Shown here piece by piece: positions 52,398 through 64,000 of a stretch of DNA of 64,000 bases. The DNA is from Euprymna scolopes (lineage: Eukaryota), in assembly GCA_053919585.1 (NCBI GenBank), contig CM132809.1; one strand, given 5' to 3'. The notes under the pieces were generated by a model that did no database searches, was not told the origin of the DNA, and saw only the letters and a program-made list of their open reading frames with translations. Position 1 is the first letter of the stretch. Every line of letters starts with the position of its first letter. The position numbers and the translations under genes are program-made.

Positions 52398-52984
52398 TAA
52401 AGGGGGTAAGAGCAATTTTCTATAATTTTTTAATGTTATAGCAAAAATACCCATTCAATTAAAATTCAGGTAAATAATAATGCGCGTTGTAAAGTCGATG
52501 TATCAAAACTCAATAGGCAAGTATACTTGAGCTACTTTTATATTTGGTAAAGTGATTGATAATATATAATTCAAAATTAACAATCCGTTTCATAAGAAGG
52601 AGCACAACGAAGCCAATAAAATGTACGATCGTTTTGGAAACGATGCTTTTATTGTGACAGACGTTGAGTCAAAGATAATAATTTTAGCATATATATATAT
52701 ATATAAATCTCCTCATCAGCAAAATATTAGGTGTGGTTTGTTTAAATAGAAGACACCATAAACAAACCTAGCATTAAAGTAGTGCAGATTAATCTGGTAA
52801 ATATTAACATATAACGAAAATAGTAAATTAATGATGTAGATAAGTAAAGTAACATTGGCCAATAATAAAACTTAGAATAAAATCATATAGCTGTGTTTAG
52901 AGTGAACGTTAGAATTACATTACAATGCTGGGTTAAGATTATGTATAATGTTATAATAAGATGCTATTAAGAGAATGCAAACAA

Positions 52985-53061
<77 letters not shown>

Positions 53062-54363
53062 CTGAAAATGGTTCATTCTTTGAAAACCGTGATAATCCCC
53101 AGAGCAATCCATGTTGATTTTGTCCGTAGCTTATACATGCTCTACCTGCTTAATTTCAAATTGAAACGTCAAAAAGGGAAGTTATTAACGGTTAGCTTAT
53201 TTCATCGTCGCTTACTTTAGGTTTAAATAAAAATATAAATATTCAAAATGAGGGGAGATAATCTTGTTTTGTCTAGTAATATGGTCAAAGGGTTGATAAT
53301 TCATCCTTATGCTTTTTTTTCATATAGCATGATATTTTGTTCAAGTAAATTTAGTAATATTACAATTGTTTTATTTATTTATTCATTTTATTTATTTATT
53401 TGCTGGAATTAGTAAAATTAGTAACCTACAAGGGTTAAATTTGAATAGAGATTTAACTAAGATACCGATTAATTGTAAGTTAGTTAATAATAATGATGAT
53501 CCCCATCTTATTAGTAAAGATATTCTATAACAAAATCTATGATATATCATTAATAAGAAAGGTTTTTATGGGCTATAGTTGTTTATATTTATAAAATTTA
53601 AACCAGTGTTTATGAATGCATGGCGATAGTAGTTCCCCCTTGAATTTAATGTGAGGATTTTGTACTTCGGCATATTGCAAAATCTCGAGCGTTTTGTAAT
53701 TTGGAAAGGGTGCAGGATCAGTTTCCAGGCGTATACGGTTTATATTATTCTACTATTTCCCATTTTTGATTGAATTGAATATTCTTATAATTTTGATAGA
53801 GAGGTGTGATTCTTGAGGGAGGGTTTTTTTAAAAGAATGTTTATGGGTTGAAATACTATGTTTGATAAGACCACATGTCGAGCCGAGGAAGATTGCGTTT
53901 TGTATAATGTATTTATTGTAAGGTCGATTAGGGGCGGCATTGGTCTGAACTGGTTTGGATTGTATTTAATTAGTAGATTGGTTGTTTGGTCGTGTGTTCG
54001 AGCTATGGTTGTCATTAACATATATTCCAATTAGTGGTTTGTAATACTTTGCAGCTATAAAATACATTTTTTTTATTTTGTATATACCTTGTCGGGGGCA
54101 TCTATTTTTTTTCTGCAGTCACAGCCTGCTATATTTTCTGTATCCGTGTTTTGTATCTTATTGATGTCACTATTGTTCGAACTAATTATCTTTTAATGCA
54201 TGTTTAGCATAGTTGAGTACGATAATTTGATCGTGTTCTTATTGAAAATTAAAATCTACTAATGGTTGTTTTTTATATAATACGTGGAAAATCTGCAAAA
54301 ATGTTACTATCATGTTTAACCATATTAACGAATCAACAATGCCGCGATCTCAGCTAGTATATA

Positions 54364-54448
<85 letters not shown>

Positions 54449-54739
54449 TAAAGGGGGTAAGATCAATTTTCTATATTTTTTTAATGTTATAGCAAAAATA
54501 CTCATTAAATTAAAATTCAGGTAAATAATAATGCGCGTTGTAAAGTCGATGTATCAAAACTCAATAGGCAAGAATACTTGAGCTACATTTATATTTGGTA
54601 AAGTGATTGATAATATATAATTCAAAATTAACAATCCGTTTCATAAGAAGGAGCACAACAAAGCCAATAAAATGTACGATTGTTTTGGAAACGATGCTTT
54701 TATTGTGACAGACGTTGAGTCAAAGATAATCATTTTAGC

Positions 54740-54771
<32 letters not shown>

Positions 54772-55047
54772 CTCATCAGCAAAATATTAGGTGTGGTTTG
54801 TTTAAATAGAAGACACCAAAAACAAACCTAGCATTAAAGTAGTGCAGATTAATCTGGTAAATATTAACATATAACGAAAATAGTAAATTAATGATGTAGA
54901 TAAGTAAAGTAACATTGGTCAATAATAAAACCTAGAATAAAATCATATAGCTGTGTTTAGAGTGAACGTTAGAATTACATTACAATGCTGGGTTAAGATT
55001 ATGTATAATGTTATAATAAGATGCTATTAAGAGAATGCAAATAAATA

Positions 55048-55082
<35 letters not shown>

Positions 55083-56270
55083 TAACTGAAAATGGTTCAT
55101 TCTTTGAAAACCGTGATAATCCTCAGAGCAATCCATGTTGATTTTGTCCGTACCTTATACATGCTCTTCCTGCTTAATTTCAAATTGAAACGTCAAAAGG
55201 GAAGTTATTAACGGTTAGCTTATTTCATCGTCGCTTACTTTAGGTTTAAATATAAATATAAATATTCAAAATGAGGGGAGATAATCTTGTTTTGTCTAGT
55301 AATATGGTCAAAGGGTTGATAATTCATCCTTATGCTTTTTTTTCATATAGCATGATATTTTGTTCGAGTAAATTTAGTAATATTACAATTGTTTTATTTA
55401 TTTATTCATTTTATTTATTTATTTGCTGGAATTAGTAAAATTAGTAACCTACAAGGGTTAAATTTGAATAGAGATTTAACTAAGATACCGATTAATTGTA
55501 AGTTAGTTAATAATAATGATGATCCCCATCTTATTAGTAAAGATATTCTATAACAAAATCTATGATATATCATTAATAAGAAAGGTTTTTATGGGCTATA
55601 GTTGTTTATATTTATAAAATTTAAACCAGTGTTTATGAATGCATGGCGATAGTAGTTCCCCCTTGAATTTAATGTGAGGATTTTGTACTTCGGCATATTG
55701 CAAAATCTCGAGCGTTTTGTAATTTGGAAAGGGTGCAGGATCAGTTTCCAGGCGTATACGGTTTATATTATTCTACTATTTCCCATTTTTGATTGAATTG
55801 AATATTCTTATAATTTTGATAGAGAGGTGTGGTTGTTGAGGGAGGGTTTTTAAAAAGAATGTTTATGGGTTGAAATACTATGTTTGATAAGACCACATGT
55901 CGAGCCGAGGAAATTTGCGTTTTGTATAATGTATTTATTGTAAGGTCGATTAGGGGCGGCATTGGTCTGAACTGGTTTGGGTTGTGTTTAATTAGTAGAT
56001 TGGTTGTTTGGTCGTGTGTTCGAGCTATGGTTGTCATTAATATATATTCCAATTAGTTGTTTGTAATACTTTGCAGCTATAAAATACATTTTTTTTTATT
56101 TTGTATATACCTTGTCGGGGGCATCTATTTTTTTTTCTGCAGTCACAGCCTGCTATATTTTCTGTATCCGTGTTTTGTATCTTATTGATGTCACTATTGT
56201 TCGAACTAATTATCTTTTAATGCATGTTTAGCATAGTTGAGTACGATAATTTGATCGTGTTCTTATTGAA
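52215..56270. repeat. recent tandem duplication of about 2.03 kb (52215-54247 and 54248-56270)
   Basis: Both units start attaaaatctactaatggttg and end tcttattgaa; they differ by scattered substitutions and (TA)n lengths. Confidence 0.95.
52705..54247 (-). mobile_element. Naiad-type Penelope-like element 3' fragment, copy 1
   Basis: Minus strand FNKNTIKLSYSTMLNM..KIISSNN..GCDCRKK.RCPRQG..NVFYSCKV...YTPGN.SCTL...LNSRGELLSPCIHKHWF. The 3' region ends at CTGATGAGGAGATT (52715-52706) fused to (TA)n. Confidence 0.7.
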
Positions 56271-56280
56271 GATTTCATTT
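54762..56280 (-). mobile_element. Naiad-type Penelope-like element 3' fragment, copy 2
   Basis: Duplicate of 52705-54247; extends slightly further (NEIFNKNTIK). Confidence 0.7.
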
Positions 56281-56413
56281 TATCTAATGTAAATATACAA
56301 ATATATATATAAATTTGTACACAAATATATATATATATATACGTGTATGCATATACGTGCATTTGTATATAAATATAAATATACAAATGTATACATAAGA
56401 TTACTATGTACAA

Positions 56414-56448
<35 letters not shown>

Positions 56449-57605
56449 TGTGTGTGTGTAGATATAAATTTATNNNNNNNNNNNNNNNNNNNNNNNNNNN
56501 NNNNNNNNNNNNNNNNNNNNNNNNNNNNNNNNNNNNNNNNNNNNNNNNNNNNNNNNNNNNNNNNNNNNNNNNNNNNNNNNNNNNNNNNNNNNNNNNNNNN
56601 NNNNNNNNNNNNNNNNNNNNNNNTGTATTTATGTGTAATCGAGGAAACATAATCATGTGAAAGTTAAATATTTACGACAATACGTGCAGTTAAAGAAAAC
56701 ATCTGGAACATATACAGATACTATACAATAATACTATTCAATGAGAAAAAGAAATAAGAAAATACCGATGTAAAATATAACTGGCAAATGATTTGCTTGA
56801 ATAAAATTATTAATCTTGTTGAATAAATTAAGCACGGACTGAATTTGTGTAACAATTAAAACAGGCACTTCACATCTGTTACAATTAAAAATATTCGCAT
56901 TTTATAATTGGATATATTTATTTGTGTAACCGATCTATACAAGGAAATAACAGCATGTTTAGATTCCAATTGATAATGAACACATAGAAAACGGTTAATA
57001 AATTTTCAGGGACATTGCAAAAGGTCTAATGATGCTGGTATTTAAAATTTATTTAACCACTTGTCGGTGATTTTATTAAAATGTATTACCCATAAATTCT
57101 TATGTACATATTTTCTATGTCCACCCCCACAAAAACTTGTATGTGACAAAATACCATATTAACGCTAATTGTAGTTATTACGCTATTTGTTTCCACATTG
57201 GCAATGGTCGGTTAGTTATAGTCTGTAAACAATACAATATTTTTATATAAGAAACACTCGGAGTGTTAAGCAGTTGTAGCAAAAAAATAATTAAAACAGA
57301 ATAAAAATAATAGGAAACAAAATTTGTGCTACTCCCTTGTCGAGTTATACATACAACTGACGACAGCTTGTGGATTTAGTGTTTGCATGAATACTCCTTT
57401 TTTCCAGAGAATCTATTCAACCCAACAAGGTTGTATGTCATCGCATACGTACACATTCAACAGACCATTACTATATAGAAAACTCACAGATAATAATTTT
57501 TGCAAATAAATAGTGTTTGACATTTCAATCTAAAATACTTGTTCAGCAGTATGTACATAAATTTGCTTCATAAGGTAAATCAGTTAAACGAGAGAACCGG
57601 ATTAT

Positions 57606-58274
57606 TGTTACATAGAGTTATCATTGAAGTTCTCACTAGGGTTTTCATAGAGGGGCATCAAATTGACGTGTGGTGTGTAACATAAAAGGGGAAGACCATA
57701 ATTGTATTTGTTGTCATGGAATGATTATTATTAGAATGAAAGGAGACCATGCGTGTCATAAAAGAATTCCGTGTGCGTATGGTCGTCTAGTGTCATATGC
57801 GGTTGTGTGTGTTCATATCTAATTGTTCATATGCTTTTGTGTGTGCGTGTGTGTGTGTGTGTTACATGCATTTTCTTCGACATGCCTTACTTCATGTGTT
57901 GTCGATGTTGATCTATCTGGAATTAATCTTCTCTTGGAGGGAGACTGGTTCCTGTTAGACGAAGATTTATCACTCCAAGACGATGAATTGGTTTTATAGT
58001 TTTTTTATTTACCTTCCAAATGTCGATACAGAATATGGAAGTGAATCTTGCTTGCTTTGAACACGTCAGCGTCCCCCACCCACAGTGAAGGGGAGGGGAC
58101 AGCTATTAAGCCGTCCGTCTTCTTCAAAGCCCAAATCCAGTCTCACATATCTATCCAACCTGACCACGTCACTCATACGTAATCTGGTCAGCTGACCCTC
58201 AGTTCTGGTAAACGTGTCCACACTCCACGTTAACTACCTTTCTCTCTCTCTCTCTCTCAATCCATTCTGTAACA
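57606..58274. mobile_element. solo LTR (669 bp), probably Gypsy
   Basis: TGTTACA...TGTAACA 7-bp inverted termini, a perfect 4-bp TSD TTAT (57602-57605 and 58275-58278) and raised GC. Confidence 0.8.
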
Positions 58275-58774
58275 TTATGAGCTAAGACTATTGAAGGGGG
58301 GCTAAATCTCATTGAAAGACGGATTAATGTTAAAATTGTGTCTCTCATTTATATTACATTTCACCTCGCCTAAATATATACCTCGACCTTTATGCCATTT
58401 ACTTTTTAACATACACTACAATCAGACAAAAATGTTGCATTTATTTTTCTTCTTACAAAACGTTGCTGACTCAGTATCATTGCATGGGTTCACGCAAAGT
58501 AACGGATTCTAAAGCTATATAAAAGAGACAAATTTAATGCACAAATGAGCACAAAGCAAAAAAATCAGTTTATTTAAATACTCAGTCTAAGTCAGCAGTT
58601 GTATTCTTTCTGATCTTTCGAGCTTAAATTTCTTACAGTGTTACAACACACAATGTTAAAAAAATTGTGGAGATAATTAAGGGAACGTTAATCAATTGGG
58701 TGGGTTTATTATTAATGATATTGCAATAAATTTGACTAACACATTGCAACATACAAACACCCTAAATATTATTT

Positions 58775-58915
58775 GCTGAGACGGCATAATCGCGTTTAAT
58801 AGTCGGCATAATCGCGTTTTGAAACCGGTTCTCAGGAAAATCACTGAAGTTAATCAACGTTTATCCTGGTTAGTACCACATGGGTGACCATTAGGGAATT
58901 CTAGGCGCTGTATGT
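58775..58915 (+). pseudogene. 5S rRNA-derived sequence (pseudogene or SINE3 head) with a duplicated 5' segment
   Basis: acggcata..aaaccggttctc..atcactgaagttaatcaacgt..ggttagtacc..atgggtgacc..gggaat..gcgctgta is collinear with metazoan 5S; cggcataatcgcgttt is present twice. Confidence 0.8.
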
Positions 58916-61088
58916 AATCTCTTCTTTTGTCGGCGTTTGTTTCCAGTTGTCATGTACATTCAATCCACTGGTCACTAGTATTTAACAATGCCGACCCAGG
59001 AGAGATGTGGTTGAAGATTTCGCGTCTTCTGCCACAAAAATATCACGCGCAGGCATCGCATGTTGGTATACATAGTCCGTCAAAATGTGAATGAGCCTGA
59101 TTGTGTTGGTTTGCGGAGAATACAAGTAGCCATATTCTATAAATAAGATATTCATTGTGTATTATCTTTGACACAAAAGACCGTTGCTGTTTAAAACCAA
59201 ATTACAAATTCTATTGTTGAATACATTAAAATGCTCTCACGTAACCCGACCAGATATTTTTTCTCTGCGAATATGCATTCATAGGAGAGAACTTGGTTTA
59301 ATATATATTAAGTAATATCTCTCTTATTGCTAGATGTCCTGTTGTGTGTTTCAAAAATAAACCACTTTGGTTTTCTGTTTCATACGTACCACGAATTATT
59401 TGGAAGTAGTTGTAACCGTATAAAGAGGTTACAGGACGAAAGAAAATTTTGAAAATTTTTAACAAATGTAAGCTGCATGTAGGAAATGATTGTAGGAAGC
59501 ATTTGAATAACGGCATCTTCGAATTACGAGAAACGTGCAACTAGAAGACTTGCTAAAATATTATATGAATTCATAAAGGGTTTCAGTTCATGAGATATTT
59601 CCATATTATTATTTTATTAAGATTTTATTTACAAACAAAACTAAGTGTTTTAGCAGATCCACTGTATTCATTAACGTGTTATTTTATCACATGAGGGTTT
59701 TTCGTCGATTTTGGAATGATTTCAAACTTTCAACACAGACAATTGCTTTAAAAACCACAATTAAGATGCATAATGATATTTCTAATTCCGATCAACAATA
59801 GAACTTAAATAATCTTTTGGTTATTTGTTTTTATTTCTCTAACATTTGCTGTTCATTACTCAGAATCAACCATTATCTTTCGTCATAATAGTCGAACCTT
59901 AATTGTTTCACATTTCTAATTTTATAAAGATGCTTTCAGGCTATTTTGACAAATTCCATTACAATGCATCATGCACGCGCCTAAATAATTATACAAAAAT
60001 TTGCCCTTTATCGATTAATAAAATCTGAATATTTTTAAACCTTAAAACGACAATTCGATATCTGATAAAAACAACACGACAGAAAACAATAATTTTATCG
60101 ATTCTGATGACTGAATGTTTATCATCCGAAATTTAAAAAAAATCGACATGCAAAATATTTGCATTTAAAATGTGCTTTAAAACACTATTTGTCTGTGTCT
60201 TCTATGCAAAACAATTTTAAATAATACGAAAGAGAAAACGTTATTACAAAAATGCGTGCTGGGCGCGACCTAGCAAAAGTAAAGTGCGTAAGTGAACACA
60301 GATTTCCTGATTAACGTAAGTTGTAACCGAACTTATCACGTTACAATGTTAGCTTTTTGAAAAGACACAACTAATCGTCCGTTTCGCATTCGCGATAAAA
60401 AAAAATAGTCGAAACCAAGATTGTTACTAACCCCTCCAAATTACACTATATTTGTACATGAAATAGTTTTTTTTTCTAATATTTCGATATTATGTGTCCG
60501 TGATATCTGTCGTTCTAACGACACCTTTTTAATTATAGTTCGATGCGGATCGTAATTTTCTGCGGACATACAAACACATACACACACTAACACACAATCA
60601 TCAAGACGATTAAGAATAAGATACTAGACTAGCGACTGGATGCGCGACGTAGTCTATTACACGGAAATTGGGCGACTTTTCCATTGTTTTGTTTTGTAGT
60701 CAACCTTTGACAAAGAAGATATAATTTTAAAATAGTTATATTGATATCTTGCTTGCAGGTACTTAGATTCTCTGGCAAATCGAAGCTTGCTAAATATATA
60801 TTTGACGTGCTTATAATATTGCTGTTTTTTATTCTCATATAAATATTTTGTATGTCTGACTTTACTTACCCCCCAGAAAATCAAATTATTAATCGAAATC
60901 ACATTTGCAGGATTTATCGACGCTTGGTTAAAACAACTCAAATAATAATTAAACAGTCGAAATGTTATATTGACGTTATTAGACAAAACCGTTTTAAACG
61001 ATCAACAAATAATCAGATTGAAACTAAAAAAGATGAGCAATTTCTAATATGTGAATCATTATTAATATTTGACATACGTTAAATATAG

Positions 61089-61141
<53 letters not shown>

Positions 61142-62954
61142 TATGGTTCTATTATCGTGTGAAATTCCATAAAAGATTACCTTTGTAGTTATTCATAATT
61201 AAGCAAGTGTGCTTCTCCAAGTTGGTTGACTTCATCTCTGTTTATAATGTATACTTTTATGAATTAGTTGTCCGTCTATATACAGTCAGACCTGCTCTAA
61301 TTTTCTATCTCTTTACGTATTACGGGTCCTCTATCTGGTTTTGTGTACGGAATGTTTCACTTGTTTATAGTTCTGTGTAAATTTTGCAAGGTAGCTTATA
61401 CAAATAGTGTTTAATCACTATTTTACCCTCGTCTGTTTTACTCATATAAAATGTGTCTAGGGAGTAGAGTTTTTTTTAAAAATTGAATTTATGTCATATA
61501 TAATAAGTACTATTTTTTTATTTATTGGTGACAAGGCTTTAATGTATGGCATATAAAACATGCTACGTTCTGCTATGTGTCATTTAGTTTCTGATCCAAA
61601 TTTCTGTAAGCCAATGTTGTGCTCTCTAGATAATTGTTTCAATTGAGATCTCATTTTAAGTGTGTATTTCCTCTTTATATATATTTCTGTCACATCATAT
61701 TTAAATCCTATAGTTTTTTATAGCAACGGAAGATTTATTTTTCTATATTATATGGATTGGGGGAGTTCTAGATTCTGTATAGGTTCAGTGGGCTTTCATT
61801 AACATGTAAAATATAGCGGTCTATATAACGTGTGTAAATGTATTTTATGTACGCACATGCATATTTATGAATGGCATAATCAAGAAATGCTCCTTGTGTG
61901 CGAAGTTTTTTTTATTGATGTTCATGACTGTTTGTTTTCGTTTAGACATTAGGTTAGAGTTAAATGATAGAGCATACAACTTAACACGGATGCACCGCTA
62001 CGACTTACAAATAGACATTTCTGCGGTTTACATAAACAAACTGATGCGCGCACCTCTTTAATTTTGAAGGTTTCGAAAACTCTCTTTTATCTAGAGAATC
62101 CTATGGTGCCACGACTTCCGTTCCTTTCATTTCCTTTTAGAAAAAAAAAAAAACAAAGAACAGAAAGAACTATGTCTTTTTATATATAAACACTTATTTA
62201 AATCCCGGAGTTTGCGACATACACTATATATTAAACTCACCTTTCTAGCTCCCGTATATATTGGTATTTTTTATTTTACCGCTAGAAAAAACCCGACAAT
62301 TATCTTAAACGTACGTTTACATCGACAACCCTCCCCCGACAAAACGTATGTAGACCTGTCAATTCCCCCTTATCCGTTTCTATACAACTTTCGTAAAATT
62401 TATTAATAACTCATTTCTATGCGATTTTGGTTGACTATACTTCCCGATAAATCTTGGGTGTGCCTCTTTTAGGTTTATTAAAACAATATGTGGCTATTTT
62501 ACGATGTTGGTCCAAAATTTTCTTTGTAGTTCTATTTACGAGTTTTGCTTGAGCTCAAATTAAAACATGACCTGATTTTAATATTTCTAACCCATTCACC
62601 GAATCTCTTCCTGAAAATTCTTCACCACTGTTCCCTGTTCACTATCTGCCCAGTAGAAAGCCCGATCCCAGACTATTTACATTATACTCGTATGTCAAAA
62701 CAAAACAAGGAAGATCAGATTGTTCTGAATCAATAATCAATTAATAATTGCGTGATTTGTATGGATCAGATACATAATTTATCTTCGGCCATGAAAACAC
62801 ATTTCATTTTGATTTTATTTGAGGAACTCTCGGACAAACTTCGCGCATTTTTTGCATAGTCTCTATTTCTGCAAATAATTGTGTGTAGATCCTCACATTG
62901 ATATACAACTGTAGAATGTTATGTATCTACAAGTGTTATGTATCTACAAATATG

Positions 62955-63345
62955 CGACGGTCCTTATCAATGAAATGCATGAATGAACTAATAAATTCTA
63001 GTGTTCCGAATGTCTTTCTCCATCCTCACACACTTAATTTTTCATTATTTGAAGCATACATATGTGGCATTCTCCAAGTGTAAAACATATTTTTATTGCT
63101 TATCGTCCTTCTGAAGTGTCCTTACGTCAGGACTGACATTTTGAAATACAGCAGCTGTGAAATTCAAACTTTAGTTGGACGTATTCAAATTCTTACTGTA
63201 GCTGTTTGTTTGAATATGAAACCACATATGGTCAGTGTTCCCTTAAGTTTTATTGCAATGCCCTACTTGATTGGAACATGTCTACAACAAGTCTAAATAC
63301 CTGTACAAAAATCACTGGAATCTAATTGAAGGACCCATATATATG
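62955..63345 (-). mobile_element. mariner 5' fragment, same family as 705-1347
   Basis: Starts TA-tatgggtccttcaattagattccag (TIR-like), aligns to 705-900 and continues into DTSEGR.AIKICFTLG. Confidence 0.6.
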
Positions 63346-63400
63346 ACTGAAGCTTATAAGCAACCTAGCTTTTCGGCGCCTTTAGAAACGAGAGATTTTT

Positions 63401-64000
63401 TATCAGGTTGCCAGGTAAAATTTTTCGTTTTTTTTTTACCCTTCCCATTAGATAAATATATCTCCCCTCAAACAATCATTTTTTATATAACTATTGCATT
63501 ATGCCAGTCATAAAAGTCTGCGTTCTGGTAGCGATAAAGTTACCGAAGAGGCATTTGATATCGTTAGTGTTTTTGAGGTAATTTTTGCGCAGGTAGTTGT
63601 CGCGATAATTAAAATGGTTTATAGTCGGAAAATGATGTTTGGAGATTATGTCGAGTGATGCAGCATGTGTTTACACAAAATCGATCAACTTCTGCAAAGT
63701 CAGTTTATCAACGTGCGATCGGGCACTGTGATGTAAAAAGATTGGGCCTTGTCAGATGATTACTGCTAGGTGTTGTTGTCGAAGTCTCTGATGTATTTTA
63801 TCTTGTTGGCATTACTTCTCTGCCGTAATGTTTTTGCTGCTTTCAAAAACTATAGTGCATCAGACCGGAGCCACACACCCCATCAAGCAGCACACCTTTC
63901 TGTTGACTTCGGCAAATATTATAAAGCTTCGCAGGTCGCAGGCATATAACAGCTGAGCGTCGCCAGGTATCATAAAATACTCACTATTCATCGGAAGTCA
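63401..64000 (-). mobile_element. decayed mariner transposase C-terminal half, running off the window
   Basis: Across frames KTITAEK.CQQ, QGPIFLHHSARSHVDKLTLQKL, SPNIIFRL/TDY.F and AFGNFIATRT.DFY. TIR-like tatcaggttg at 63401. Confidence 0.75.

Noticed and set aside
53715-53725. In-frame TGA in the Naiad-type fragment as selenocysteine
   Set aside because: It lies two codons before the conserved Cys, in a copy with many other stops and frameshifts, and no SECIS is evident.
58775-58915. Functional 5S rRNA gene
   Set aside because: It has an internal 5' duplication, many substitutions and no array context.
60640-61080. Another GIY-YIG remnant on the minus strand
   Set aside because: The motif echoes are too weak to support without a profile search.

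Overview
An AT-rich eukaryotic window, probably from an invertebrate animal. Its repeat content is reminiscent of flatworms, but that is inference. It has many (TA)n, (CA)n and (AAT)n microsatellites and many short N blocks, and I see no intact host protein-coding gene; nearly all listed ORFs are microsatellite or N artefacts or pieces of decayed transposons. Recognisable content: at least six decayed Penelope-like elements (PLEs; RT plus GIY-YIG, including Naiad-type 3' ends) with inverted or tandem pseudo-LTRs, two RTE-type LINEs, a CR1-group LINE 3' end, a Mag/K02A2.6-type Gypsy remnant, a solo LTR with a 4-bp TSD, five mariner remnants, a Tc1/mariner MITE, two 5S rRNA-derived sequences and a 2-kb tandem duplication. 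The most striking signal is non-coding: about 15 type I hammerhead ribozyme (HHR) motifs from several unrelated families, most of them degenerate. The best case is a family of about 410-nt units, each with an internal tRNA-Ala-like Pol III head directly followed by a hammerhead. It has three copies in a tandem-plus-inverted cluster at 2701-3660 and a fourth at about 51024-51355. It looks like an Sm-alpha-like retrozyme/SINE that inserts at (TA)n tracts, possibly using the neighbouring PLE machinery. All alignments and folds were done by eye, so boundaries are approximate.
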